64,000 nt of DNA. Source: Escherichia phage IME267. This document shows positions 50,601-60,157 of this stretch, in pieces. Location of the stretch: sequence record NC_070983.1; one strand, given 5' to 3'. The notes below the pieces were generated by a model that was given only the letters and a program-made list of their open reading frames with translations, had not been told where the DNA came from and did no database searches. A program made the translations under genes and the position numbers. The stretch's first letter is position 1. Each line of letters begins with the position of its first letter.

Positions 50601-50844
50601 CTGTGGCTCCGTCGAATCGGAGGATTGCTGCTGGAACAGGGTATACTTCCAGATCTTCATCCAGTCGGTATAGATGCCCTGTACTTAAATTTACAGCTGT
50701 TACTGGCTTAGAGTGGCCTCCAGCCTGTATGGAAGGAACTCTGATAAAGAACTCTTCTGGATATTCAACAGAGTGGAACACACTTCCTGAATAAAGATCT
50801 TTTATTTTAGAAGTTTGTTTAGGAGTTTTATCAGCAATTTTCAT
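50596..50844 (-). CDS. Small protein, L-x-x-G-(D/E/S)-x-F paralog family
   Basis: …IKDLYSGSVFH…YPVPAAI…. Confidence 0.45.
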   Translation of the reverse strand: MKIADKTPKQTSKIKDLYSGSVFHSVEYPEEFFIRVPSIQAGGHSKPVTAVNLSTGHLYRLDEDLEVYPVPAAILRFDGATE

Positions 50845-51105
50845 TACAGACCTTTCTTAGCACGATCTTTGGCAGTTTTGCCAGTGCGGATACGATGGGA
50901 AACATTAACCAGCTCGCCACCTTCGACGATGGTTACGCTTTTGTTTTTCGCAATATCAAACACAGTTTTCTCTGTGCCGCCCAGACGAATCTGTTTAGGC
51001 TCACTGTGGGTCTGAGTTGATTTAGACTGGAACTGGAACGGCTGACGGATGGCATCAATTGCGCTAACTTTAGACATGTTTTTATTACCTTACATTAAAG
51101 AGAGA

Positions 51106-51534
51106 TTAAACAACGAATTGGAACGCTTCGTATCCAAACTTGTATAAGAAATCGTGTTTGAACTTTACTACACGACCACGATCGCGGAAAGCTTTCAGGC
51201 GACTGCTGAACCCAACCATTGGCTCAGGGTCAATAGGGCTACGAATCTTCATAGCTACAGAGTGCAGCTTGAAGCGTTTACCAGTGCTACAGGCCATCAT
51301 CACATACTCCATACGAGTAGTCCAGATGTTGAGCACCATGCTTGTTTTCTCCGCTGACCAACCAGTCTTGCGGGCGATTTCTTTATGGACATTAAGCTCC
51401 AAAGGAAGAGGGAATTGCTTGTTGAATGAAGCCGGATATAGCTTGACCAGAAGGTCAATGTTTTCTTTATACGTTAAGTAAGCCAATTTCTTGCTTACGT
51501 TAGGGAATTTCCCAGACATTTTTTGAAGCTCCAA
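51106..51534 (-). CDS. ProQ/FinO-domain-like RNA-binding protein
   Basis: …KKLAYLTYKENIDLLVKLYPASFNKQFPLPLELNVHKEI…LNIWTT… resembles the ProQ N-terminal FinO-like domain. Confidence 0.45.
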   Translation of the reverse strand: MELQKMSGKFPNVSKKLAYLTYKENIDLLVKLYPASFNKQFPLPLELNVHKEIARKTGWSAEKTSMVLNIWTTRMEYVMMACSTGKRFKLHSVAMKIRSPIDPEPMVGFSSRLKAFRDRGRVVKFKHDFLYKFGYEAFQFVV

Positions 51535-51965
51535 AACAGCGCCGAAAAGAGAGGCGTCATAGTAGCTAAAAGGAGGAGAGAAGAGGGCTTATTTACTTGC
51601 CTTTTTCTGTCCGTTAATGTACCAGATAACTGAACCGTCAGGCTGTCGTTGACCGAAGCCTTTCAAGTTAACCATTTCTTCTTCAGAGTAGGCACGTTTT
51701 CTCACTGATTTTCTCCTGTCAGTAGAAGGTGTGTGTAGAGTCGTCGTTCATAGATAACCAAACGAAGAAGACAATCACACAGAAAGCAATAATACCGAGA
51801 GTTGCAAGGATTATAGTGTTAGCTAATGTGATATCTAACACGCTTTGCAGATATATAAAGAACTGTACGACACCACATACCATCAGCACAACCCCAACGA
51901 CAATGAGGAGCCAATATGTGCAGAGAAGGACTGCATCTAATAGTGATACATACTTTGGATGATCT

Positions 51966-52232
51966 TTATGTCTCACTGATCTTTTCCACTAAATCCAGAG
52001 TTGCTGATTCAAATACAACACCAACTACCATATTAGGTGCCATATTACGAACGTATCCGCTCTGCATAGACACGGCCCGAGAGTATTCAGAACCGTTAGA
52101 ACTTTTGTTTACCTTCATGTAAAGGGTTTGCTCTTTATCTTCTTTCAGAGTAAAGAAAGAGCCGGGAAGAAGCCTCTGAACAGTCAGAGGGATATCTGCA
52201 ACATGAGTCTTATTGATAGTAAGAACTGTCAT
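51966..52232 (-). CDS. Small protein, L-x-x-G-(D/E/S)-x-F paralog family
   Basis: …VQRLLPGSFFTL…. Confidence 0.4.
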   Translation of the reverse strand: MTVLTINKTHVADIPLTVQRLLPGSFFTLKEDKEQTLYMKVNKSSNGSEYSRAVSMQSGYVRNMAPNMVVGVVFESATLDLVEKISET

Positions 52233-52235
52233 TGC

Positions 52236-52490
52236 TTATTCCTTAATAGTTGCTTCAGCTTTAACAGGAATAACAGCAACATCTTTACGAGGTGCTGTCG
52301 CTCGGCCCGTATTAAGACAGGCTACAAGTCTGTGCTCATCTGCACCCTTAATACAAAGTCGAGTAGAGAACTCAGTAGACAGTAAGATGTACAAATCATC
52401 ATCTTCACTGTTAGGGTACATGAAGCAATCCCCAAGTCGCAAAGCACTGAGAGGTATTGAGTTTTTACCTGCTGGTTTATTAACTTTCAT
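52236..52490 (-). CDS. Small protein, L-x-x-G-(D/E/S)-x-F paralog family
   Basis: …SALRLGDCFMY…VIPV…; start set to internal Met. Confidence 0.4.
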   Translation of the reverse strand: MKVNKPAGKNSIPLSALRLGDCFMYPNSEDDDLYILLSTEFSTRLCIKGADEHRLVACLNTGRATAPRKDVAVIPVKAEATIKE

Positions 52491-53323
52491 TTTACCACCT
52501 TTAGTTATGGACCAAATAGAATTATTAAAGAGTGCACTAGCTCTGGGCCACGTTGTGAACATCGGCCTACCTTTCACAACTAATCAACTAATGCACTCAT
52601 TAATAGCTTATCTACTCCAATAAAATAGGGGGAGGGGACGAATCCTCCCATATCCTATTAATTAATATTGCATGTAAGACCTAACAATCCGATGCTGTAG
52701 TGGATAGCGTAAAACGCTTACCGGCATTAAACCCAGCCCATGAGGGGCTTATGTGAATAAAATGCTCAACATTGAGCGGTTAGTTGATAGGAGACCTGAA
52801 GTCCTATCTCAAAGGACTCTCGTAAGAATCCTTCACGATATTACTTAGTAATAAAGACTGTCATCTTGTCCAACACCCACTCTAACAGGAGCATGAAAGG
52901 GATGAGTAAGAGGAATAATAACAAAATAGGCCAGAAGAATATTGCTATCCAGATAGAACATTCATCAGGCTTACCACTCCACGGGTTGTGGAAGAAGTTA
53001 TAGAACGTATTGGTTTTGAAGCACCACTTAACTACGATGGCTGCTAACCACCAACCAATAACATAAATCAGGAAGACATACGATGCTGTAACCATTGACC
53101 ATTCCATTGATAGTTGCGAGTGACCACGTTTCCGTGGATAAGAAAGTGCTGGCGGCGAAGGATATCTTTAACGTTGTAATAGGCAGCGTTTCCGATATGA
53201 CCTTCTTTGATAAGCCAGCGCAGGTTACGAATATCAACCAACAACATCTTTACTTGCTGTTGGCATGAAGTTTGAGCTGCTGTTTCAAGCAGAGATTTCG
53301 TATCAGAATAATGACCAGACATA

Positions 53324-53629
53324 TCACCACTCCTTACCTGTTGTTGTCACAGAGCCACCACACCATAATGCGGTGTCAACCACAACCTTATCCGGTGTAG
53401 ACTTCTCTTCGTTGATAGACGGATTCGCATTAGAACAAGTTGCCCCGTTATATCGCATATCAACCTCACCACTAGGAATCTTCTCCCCGCTATGCCAACG
53501 GGAAACACAGACACCTTCTACAGATAATGCACACCATCCATCAGGACGATGCTGTACACAGCCTGTAAGAGCTACACAGGCGATAAAGATACAGGTTAAG
53601 GTAATTACACCACCCCAACTCATAAGCAC
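53324..53629 (-). CDS. Putative lipoprotein
   Basis: Signal peptide with lipobox-like LTGC; Cys-rich mature part. Confidence 0.4.
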   Translation of the reverse strand: MLMSWGGVITLTCIFIACVALTGCVQHRPDGWCALSVEGVCVSRWHSGEKIPSGEVDMRYNGATCSNANPSINEEKSTPDKVVVDTALWCGGSVTTTGKEW

Positions 53630-53763
53630 CTCCTATTTGATTTGGTGGACTATCTGGAATCGAACCAGAAGCTCACTAAGAAAGCAATTCCCACTGTTAT
53701 AAAAGCACTTGCCTCAACAGGGATACACTAACTCTGGTGCCGTACCCATACTAGCCCTAAATG

Positions 53764-53839
53764 TGGTGCACCCTACAGGACTCGAACCTGTAACCAACGA
53801 CTTAGAAGGTCGCTGCTCTGTCCGTTGAGCTAAGGGTGC
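53764..53839 (-). tRNA. tRNA-Arg(UCU): tRNA-Arg (anticodon UCU), 76 nt with encoded CCA
   Basis: Hand-folded cloverleaf: 7-bp acceptor stem, D arm, anticodon loop CTTCTAA, T arm ACAGG-TTCGAGT-CCTGT, 3' ACCA. Confidence 0.8.
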
Positions 53840-53848
53840 TGAATTTGT

Positions 53849-54058
53849 TTAACTGAAGATACGCAAGGCCACATCGTGACCGATATGACCGGGAACTTTA
53901 TGCTGTTCTATTTTCAAACAGTGTTTACAGATACGAGATACACGAGATTCTTTTCTCTCTACTGGAGTGTCTTTAGCGTGAGTGATATGTAAGTTTTCAG
54001 TGACCACCCATTCATGTTTACATCCAGAATCTTCGGGCTTTTTCTTACGAAAGAACAT
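53849..54058 (-). CDS. Small Cys/His-rich protein, tandem paralog family
   Basis: …GCKHEW…CKHC…; start set to internal Met. Confidence 0.35.
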   Translation of the reverse strand: MFFRKKKPEDSGCKHEWVVTENLHITHAKDTPVERKESRVSRICKHCLKIEQHKVPGHIGHDVALRIFS

Positions 54059-54066
54059 AACACCTC

Positions 54067-54231
54067 TTAGATCAGATCTGTTTTCTTGTGCAGACCACAC
54101 ACTTTACAGCGAGAGTAGATACGCAACCCTTGTCGCTCTCTGTCAGTAAGTTTATTTGTGATCGTCAGTTCATAAGTATGAAGATCTTCCCACTCATGGA
54201 AATGAAAGAAACGTTTGAACCATTTAATCAT
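54067..54231 (-). CDS. Small Cys/His-rich protein (54 aa), not in the ORF track; tandem paralog
   Basis: Hand translation MIKWFKRFFHFHEWEDLHTYELTITNKLTDRERQGLRIYSRCKVCGLHKKTDLI*. Confidence 0.45.
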   Translation of the reverse strand: MIKWFKRFFHFHEWEDLHTYELTITNKLTDRERQGLRIYSRCKVCGLHKKTDLI

Positions 54232-54240
54232 AATGATTCC

Positions 54241-54402
54241 TTAGATTACATCACGATGACTAACATCACCACACACCTTACACTGAATAACGTAACGTGT
54301 GCCCTTGTCATTGTTCCCATCTGAATCTGTATAGACCAGAGGACGGGTGTTAATAATCTTCCAATCATGACAATGGAAGACACGCTTTAGCCATTTAATC
54401 AT
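54241..54402 (-). CDS. Small Cys/His-rich protein, tandem paralog
   Basis: MIKWLKRVFHCHDWK…CKVCGDVSH…. Confidence 0.45.
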   Translation of the reverse strand: MIKWLKRVFHCHDWKIINTRPLVYTDSDGNNDKGTRYVIQCKVCGDVSHRDVI

Positions 54403-55469
54403 ACTAAGCACACGCCGGTAATTCAATTAACTGAGGAGTACGACAAGGGCCATCCTCATACACACCTACTAGTGTTGGCATGTAAGGCCCAGCGCACTGG
54501 TATTCATCGAACAGTTCATTGTAAGTAGGCTTCCACTTCCAAGCCCACACATAACCCATTCGATCAATGGCAATGTAACGAGTGTTCAGAGGAACCTGCA
54601 TCATCACATCACCAACTGCTATTACTTTCGTAATAACTACTGCTCGGAAGTTTGTCTTCATGACTTTGCAGCCTCCATCATTTTATTCATTTTAGCCACA
54701 CCTTTACGGATAAGAGGCATAAATTCATCAGCCAGTTCAGTGGATAAAAGTTTAAGCCCGCCTGATTTAATACCGTTCACCGCCTTCTCAACTTCATCCG
54801 ACAGCAATGTCATTGTTAACCACGGGGATTTTATTACCACAGTAAAGCCCGGTTCATACCGCGAGTGACTGTAGGTGAACTCTAAATGAGTAACACCGGG
54901 CATCTTAGACATTTGAGCACGGATATCTACATTAGGGTTGCAGCGAGTTGAAGATGAAATTGTCATGGCGCTTTAATCTCAATCTGAACGTTGACGACGA
55001 ATACAGTATGGTTTGCACTGTACACTGAAGTGCCTATGATTGGCTTATCATCACTGAGGATTTCAACAGCGTGCTCAAGGTTAATCTTCAGATGAAGACG
55101 CCCTGATTCCATGAAGAAATCACCAGCACGTATCTCACCGAACTTAGCTGGCACACCGATAGAGGGTATCAGTATGTCAGTGCGACCTTTACGGTCAAAT
55201 AAACGATTGAACATATCAACCCCTTATGTAATATCAACCTCAAACCAACAGGTAAGAGCTTTTTCATTGTTGCGTTTTGGCTCAAAGGATTTAACAACCG
55301 ATAATACTCGGCGCTGTTCTCCATCAAACCAGATAGTTTCATCTTTTTCAGGGAGTAGGTTGTGTGCAGCACAAACGATTTCACCTAGCACAACCTGTCT
55401 GCCATCTTGCTTACGAACTAAACGAATGTTCATAACAACCTCTCTTGTTAGTTTAAGTAAGAGTTGTCC

Positions 55470-55510
55470 CTTAATTAAAACAACAAAGGCCACCCCTAAG
55501 GGCAGCCTCT
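55470..55510 (-). terminator. Terminator-like hairpin on - strand with U-rich tail
   Basis: GGCTGCCC-TTAG-GGGTGGCC (two GU pairs) then TTTGTTGTTTT. Confidence 0.4.
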
Positions 55511-56029
55511 TATTTAAGCGCAAGCACTACGCAGTTTGTTATTCAAGAAGCGATCTTCTGCATTATACAGGAATGCATAGAACAACTCTTTTGCTACATC
55601 CCGATCGCAATTGAGACATTTAGAGATCTGTAACAACAAACCATCACGACTATTAGGATGGTCAATTATCGCAAGACGAATAATCTCACGAATACCAATG
55701 TCATGCTCAGCCGCCATAGAACCAATCACCCTGACGTTTACGAATGTTAGTTGTCAGACGAAGCATGGCAGACTCAATCTTCAGAGCACCATTTGCTACT
55801 GCATCCATACGTTCAGGACGGTTCATACGTTTGGTTGTCTTTTTCATAATGTTCTCTCTTTATTGATGGAGGCAGGATTGCCAGTTGATATAAAGGGAAG
55901 CCCTACACGTTAAGGCTTCCGCTTGTACAAACTGTCGAGAACTCTCTACCCCTAGATTGTTCTCTATCCCAAACCGATACATACCCCTACATATCGGAAT
56001 GCCATTCGAAAATTAACAGGTTTTAGTCT

Positions 56030-56150
56030 ATCACCGGATGTTTGAGACAAGTCTCTCCCTAGCGGTGAGCCATATGGCGTTGAGATTATAGTTAATTGAG
56101 GAACATCCTCACATAGCCCTCTGATAAACACAAGGGCTATAAGTCGATGT
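56030..56150. repeat. Copy 2 of ~110-nt repeated element with conserved hairpin, immediately 3' of paralog gene 56150..56374
   Basis: ctcacATAGCCCTctgataaacacaAGGGCTATa differs from copy 1 at only 2 loop positions. Confidence 0.6.
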
Positions 56151-56374
56151 TACTTGTTGGTTAGTCGTGCGTTAGGTACAGGTCTGACTACAGTCGATTT
56201 ACACTCAGAATCACGCTTACCTGTATAAAGGTTAACAAAATAACTTTTGTTTTCACCATAACACGCAGTACGCATGTAATATTGAGTTTCGTTATAGTTA
56301 AACTGGAAGACTTCACCCGGATTTAGATCACCGAGAGTTACAATCTCTGGTGTATTATCGATATCAATTTTCAT
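56150..56374 (-). CDS. Small protein, L-x-x-G-(D/E/S)-x-F paralog family
   Basis: …TLGDLNPGEVFQF…VRPVPNA…. Confidence 0.45.
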   Translation of the reverse strand: MKIDIDNTPEIVTLGDLNPGEVFQFNYNETQYYMRTACYGENKSYFVNLYTGKRDSECKSTVVRPVPNARLTNK

Positions 56375-56605
56375 TTAACCACCAATATTAGTCACTTGAA
56401 CATCAAATACAGGGATAACTTCATGATGTTCCTGTAACTGGAATAGTGTTCCCTGACGAAGACCAACCACACGATGCATATCATTCAGGCAGGTGTCTGT
56501 CTTTAGATAGAGGTGTTCAGAGTTAGTTGGTAGACGGAATACATCACCCGGACGTAGATCGCTGAGTTTTTTAGTAACAACTAAAGATGGGAGATTAATT
56601 TTCAT
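56375..56605 (-). CDS. Small protein, L-x-x-G-(D/E/S)-x-F paralog family
   Basis: …LSDLRPGDVFRL…VIPVFDV…. Confidence 0.45.
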   Translation of the reverse strand: MKINLPSLVVTKKLSDLRPGDVFRLPTNSEHLYLKTDTCLNDMHRVVGLRQGTLFQLQEHHEVIPVFDVQVTNIGG

Positions 56606-56761
56606 TTGATTAACACCAAATCAGTACGACGTTCGAAGGAAGGGGAGGATTCACCATTCCACTGAACAAGATAACAGAGAACACCATCAATCGTTGTTCT
56701 CCGACGAATAACACCTGTAACAGTTCCACCAACAAGGCGAACGGTGTCGCCAACGGTAAAT

Positions 56762-57067
56762 TTAACCTTTGATCGCATCTCCTGTTTCCTCATTCTGGCG
56801 TTTAATTTCTTCAGTGAGTTGTTTGTTTAGATCTTGAATACGCTTAATCTCCCAACCCAAAGAAGCCAAACGATCGTTACGTGCTTCGATTTGTTCCTGC
56901 ATTTTGAGTAATTTGGAACGAACATCAGCATTAAAAACTTCTTCTTGCTTAAGAAGGAACTCGTAACGACGCTTCCAGCTTGCTGATTTATTTCTTAAAA
57001 TAATAAACCCTAGAGTAGAAACCGTTACAGTGAGTACGAAAAGGAACTTATAAACCTCTAAAGACAT
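56762..57067 (-). CDS. Small membrane-anchored coiled-coil protein
   Basis: N-terminal TM helix then charged helical region. Confidence 0.35.
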   Translation of the reverse strand: MSLEVYKFLFVLTVTVSTLGFIILRNKSASWKRRYEFLLKQEEVFNADVRSKLLKMQEQIEARNDRLASLGWEIKRIQDLNKQLTEEIKRQNEETGDAIKG

Positions 57068-57268
57068 ATCTTTATCCTCTTAAAGTAAGATATTATAAGA
57101 AATATTATTTAGAATTTATTATTTCTAAACTTAATTTCTATCAATAATTTTCAGAGGTCTATATACAGTCATTACCTCTGGTCCCAAATCACTTCCACTT
57201 TTTACAGAGAAAATCATAAGTGTGTGATTTATAAGGAAATTTAGTTTGTCAATATTGGCACCTACGAA

Positions 57269-57655
57269 TCAGTCACGGGAGCTATTATTGAACACTAAAT
57301 CACCACAATACATCGGATTGGTATACCACTTTGGCACCCCTTCGCTCTTACTCTGAAAGTATGTACCGCTGTACAAAGGCACATAACCTTTCTTCAGTGC
57401 ACGCCTTGCAAGCCGCTCGCTCTCTCTGATTGATTTCTTTATCAGAGGGTTATCATCACGAATTAGCTTTACATAACGCTTAAAAGGTTTCTCCTTCTTT
57501 AATAGGACGGGTATCCACTCGAACTGGTTTCGTTGATTTATAACCTGCTCGGCAGTCAGTTTTCGTTGTGACATTCTGTTTATTACGGTATCCGCTACTA
57601 ATGCTTTGCAAGCGGTTGGCTGATTCCCTGCCTCATAATAAATAGTCAATGTCAA
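57269..57655 (-). CDS. SleB/CwlJ-like cell-wall hydrolase domain protein
   Basis: …YYEAGNQPTACKALVADTVINRM…NQFEW…GYVPLYSGTYFQ… resembles the Hydrolase_2 family. Confidence 0.45.
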   Translation of the reverse strand: MTLTIYYEAGNQPTACKALVADTVINRMSQRKLTAEQVINQRNQFEWIPVLLKKEKPFKRYVKLIRDDNPLIKKSIRESERLARRALKKGYVPLYSGTYFQSKSEGVPKWYTNPMYCGDLVFNNSSRD

Positions 57656-57707
57656 AAGTAGCTGGGCTGTCGTTATCAGAACTTACTACCCCCTTGTTTT
57701 ACGGGCA

Positions 57708-57734
57708 TAAAAAAGCCCCATCCGAAGACGGGGC
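57708..57734 (-). terminator. Strong intrinsic terminator on - strand (8-bp stem, UUCG loop, U6)
   Basis: GCCCCGTC-TTCG-GATGGGGC followed by TTTTTT on - strand. Confidence 0.65.
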
Positions 57735-57892
57735 GACCTGAAAAGTGAACATGACTTCACTCATTTAAGAACCCTCTCAAAGACTCTTAAAAAAGAGGCC
57801 TCGTTAAAGGCCCGGTCAAATGACCATCCAATAGGGATTGAACCATGCCAATGATTCACAAAGGGAGTTCCCTTTAGGCATCACTAGCTACG

Positions 57893-57914
57893 AAAAAAGC
57901 CGCACAAAGGCGGC
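57893..57914 (-). terminator. Intrinsic terminator on - strand (GCCGC-CTTTGT-GCGGC + U6)
   Basis: Read directly; second terminator in the same 290-nt intergenic region. Confidence 0.5.
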
Positions 57915-57971
57915 AGACAAAGACGCTCAAGAAGAGCGTCATAGTAGTTGACCACTGGTACAGAAGAGGGC

Positions 57972-58415
57972 TTACTTAACTCTTGCTGTTTTGAGTGGGT
58001 CAATATATTTTTCAACTCCCCACTTATGTTTACTATCAGCGTAGAAAACATCAGGTGCACATTGGCTAGTAGTAGGGAATGCTTTCGGCGGCTTAGTGCT
58101 ACCTTTATTCTTCTGCTTACCTTTAGTGCGACCGTTGCAGAAGATTTCTAAACGCTTTTCTTGTTCCGTTTTCGCCGCCCCGTTGATTAACAAGGAACGC
58201 TTGTGATCAGCAAGAAGAAGCGCATCAGCACGATGAACACGACGACCTAGTACCTTTGGTACAGGAGATTCTTTATGTTCTTGAGCGGCCTGTTTCATAG
58301 CCCTGCGTTTAAGGCTACGTTTGCTAATATGGTTAACAGCGGCTGGCTTTTCTTTTTCCAGCTCATTCATAGAGAACACTCGTCCGCCTTTCATGCTGAT
58401 TTTAGATTTAGCCAT
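57972..58415 (-). CDS. Basic hypothetical protein
   Basis: 147-aa Lys/Arg-rich ORF. Confidence 0.35.
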   Translation of the reverse strand: MAKSKISMKGGRVFSMNELEKEKPAAVNHISKRSLKRRAMKQAAQEHKESPVPKVLGRRVHRADALLLADHKRSLLINGAAKTEQEKRLEIFCNGRTKGKQKNKGSTKPPKAFPTTSQCAPDVFYADSKHKWGVEKYIDPLKTARVK

Positions 58416-58694
58416 TGTTTTATTCCTTTCGCTGATAAATTATATCGTGCAAGCCTTACCACATAGCAAGGCTTAACCAAATAACTTAATCAATTAAACT
58501 AAACGATTTCCAACTACGTGTAATTGCTACCTTTTCGCCATCAAAGAGAACACTTACAGAGATCAGTTTACCGCGACAACTGGATACCGTGGTAATACGT
58601 CCGGTTAATGCCTTACCTTTATTCAGGTAGTGATAGCGGACACGACGTCCTAACAAACGAGTAGCTTTCTTCTCTAACGTGCTTAAGCTGGTCA

Positions 58695-58916
58695 TTAAAT
58701 AGCCCCTTTATATTGGAGTGATCTTACACGACGATACATAACAGTTGATGCACTAATCGCCGCTTGTTTTCTTTCGTGCTCATGCTGATTCTTTCGAATC
58801 TTATCCATCTCGGCATCATTACGACGACGTTGTAAGATTCTGCTACATTTGCGATGGTTATTATTAGCACGTGCTTTCTTACAGATAGGGCAAAGGTGGG
58901 ATTGAGTTAAAATCAT
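58695..58916 (-). CDS. Small basic protein with CxxC motif
   Basis: …HLCPICKK…. Confidence 0.3.
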   Translation of the reverse strand: MILTQSHLCPICKKARANNNHRKCSRILQRRRNDAEMDKIRKNQHEHERKQAAISASTVMYRRVRSLQYKGAI

Positions 58917-59245
58917 TTGCGAAGCCCTAACTTACGAAGTAGACGACCTAACTTAGTTTCCTGCGTAATGGTGTAGGTAACAGAGTTTTCGATTAACGCT
59001 TGTTCTTGAATCGGCGACGGATACCATTCACCGGTAAGGATGCATTTGCATTCGATTCCATATCTATCGGTTTTACGATAGGTCATATTGTTTAAGATAT
59101 TACGATACATCTTAACTTCTGTTTTCAATTTTGGCATGGTGATCATCTCTTTTTAGTTTCTTTGATTAGCACACTGAATCAATGCACTAGTAAAAGAAAA
59201 GGCGCTACCCTTTCGAATAGCGCCTTACTTGTTCTTTATTGTGGG

Positions 59246-60157
59246 TTATGCAGCTTGTTGGCGTGCCGCCATAATCTCGGCAGCTTTGCGTAACACTTCC
59301 TCTTCTTCCTGCGCAGCTTTCTCATTAGCTTTGACAGTTGAAGCGTTTGAGATACGACCGCGAAGGTTAGACAATTTTTCAGTCATTTCATTGATCACCT
59401 TTTCCATTTCATCGGCGTACGAGTCCAGAGATTCAAGCTCTTTAGTTGAGGCATTAATCAGGTAGTCATCGCTGATAGAAACAGTTGAAGCGGTTACTTT
59501 CTTAAGGAGTGAATCGAAAGTTTTCTTAACTTTGCCTACTTCTTCACTCAATGCGATAGTATTGTCAGAAGATGCGCCGTTGCGTTCATCTGCCAGTAGT
59601 GCCGCTTCAATACGGATTGCAGCCAGACGGTCAACCAGTGCATAAATATCCTGATTAAAGTTTTCGTTAACCTTCTGGTTGATCTGGTTTGCTACCGGAA
59701 CATTGTCGTTGCAACCTTTGTAGAATGCTGGGTTATCAACCTGCACGTCTTCACCTTTAGCAAAGCGTTCAAAGGAATTAGACCAGCGGGCGCGGTTTTG
59801 TTCCATTTTGGCCTTAACTTGTTCCGGTTTAGCATCCTCTTTCGCTTTCGCTTCACCTTCCAGATTAATCCATTTCTTTTTACCGTTCGCCCCGTCGCTG
59901 TTGTACTTGATAGGGGTTAAGAAAGAGATGGCAACCGCAATCACGTCTAAGTCACGATAACGCTCAGTTAACAAGAAATCAACCGCCGCCTGCAATACAT
60001 CCAGTTTCTTACCGTTGGTGCGGAAGTGTTGCAAATGGCCTAACAGGAAGTTAGAAACATCTTGTTTGATTGCCGCGTTGTTGCTACGAATGTTGTTAGC
60101 CAGTGCATTAAAGCCGGATTCGTTAACCAGATTAAAAACTTTAGCCATGATATTCAC
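59246..60157 (-). CDS. Hypothetical early protein (helical, 303 aa); first sizeable ORF downstream of the early promoter region
   Basis: Long ORF in the - frame. Confidence 0.4.
   Translation of the reverse strand: MNIMAKVFNLVNESGFNALANNIRSNNAAIKQDVSNFLLGHLQHFRTNGKKLDVLQAAVDFLLTERYRDLDVIAVAISFLTPIKYNSDGANGKKKWINLEGEAKAKEDAKPEQVKAKMEQNRARWSNSFERFAKGEDVQVDNPAFYKGCNDNVPVANQINQKVNENFNQDIYALVDRLAAIRIEAALLADERNGASSDNTIALSEEVGKVKKTFDSLLKKVTASTVSISDDYLINASTKELESLDSYADEMEKVINEMTEKLSNLRGRISNASTVKANEKAAQEEEEVLRKAAEIMAARQQAA

Noticed and set aside
52620-52840. Hairpins in the intergenic region (GGGAGG…CCTCCC and AAGGACTCTCGTAAGAATCCTT) as a new repeat family
   Set aside because: The AGGACTCTC block recurs at 50381, but stems are imperfect and context differs; evidence too thin to call beyond a possible weak terminator.
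53650-53690. Second tRNA next to tRNA-Arg
   Set aside because: A T-arm and ACCA-like end are present but no complementary acceptor 5' strand or anticodon arm could be folded by hand; kept only as a tRNA-like remnant.
55707-55847. Small ORF upstream of 55514..55729 (initially read as 46 aa)
   Set aside because: Careful re-translation of the reverse complement gives a stop after 24 codons; my first reading was a joining error.
57241-57260. sigma70 promoter at the TTGACA found on the - strand upstream of 56762..57067
   Set aside because: No acceptable -10 hexamer at 16-18 nt spacing (only TATAAA at 13 nt); not called.
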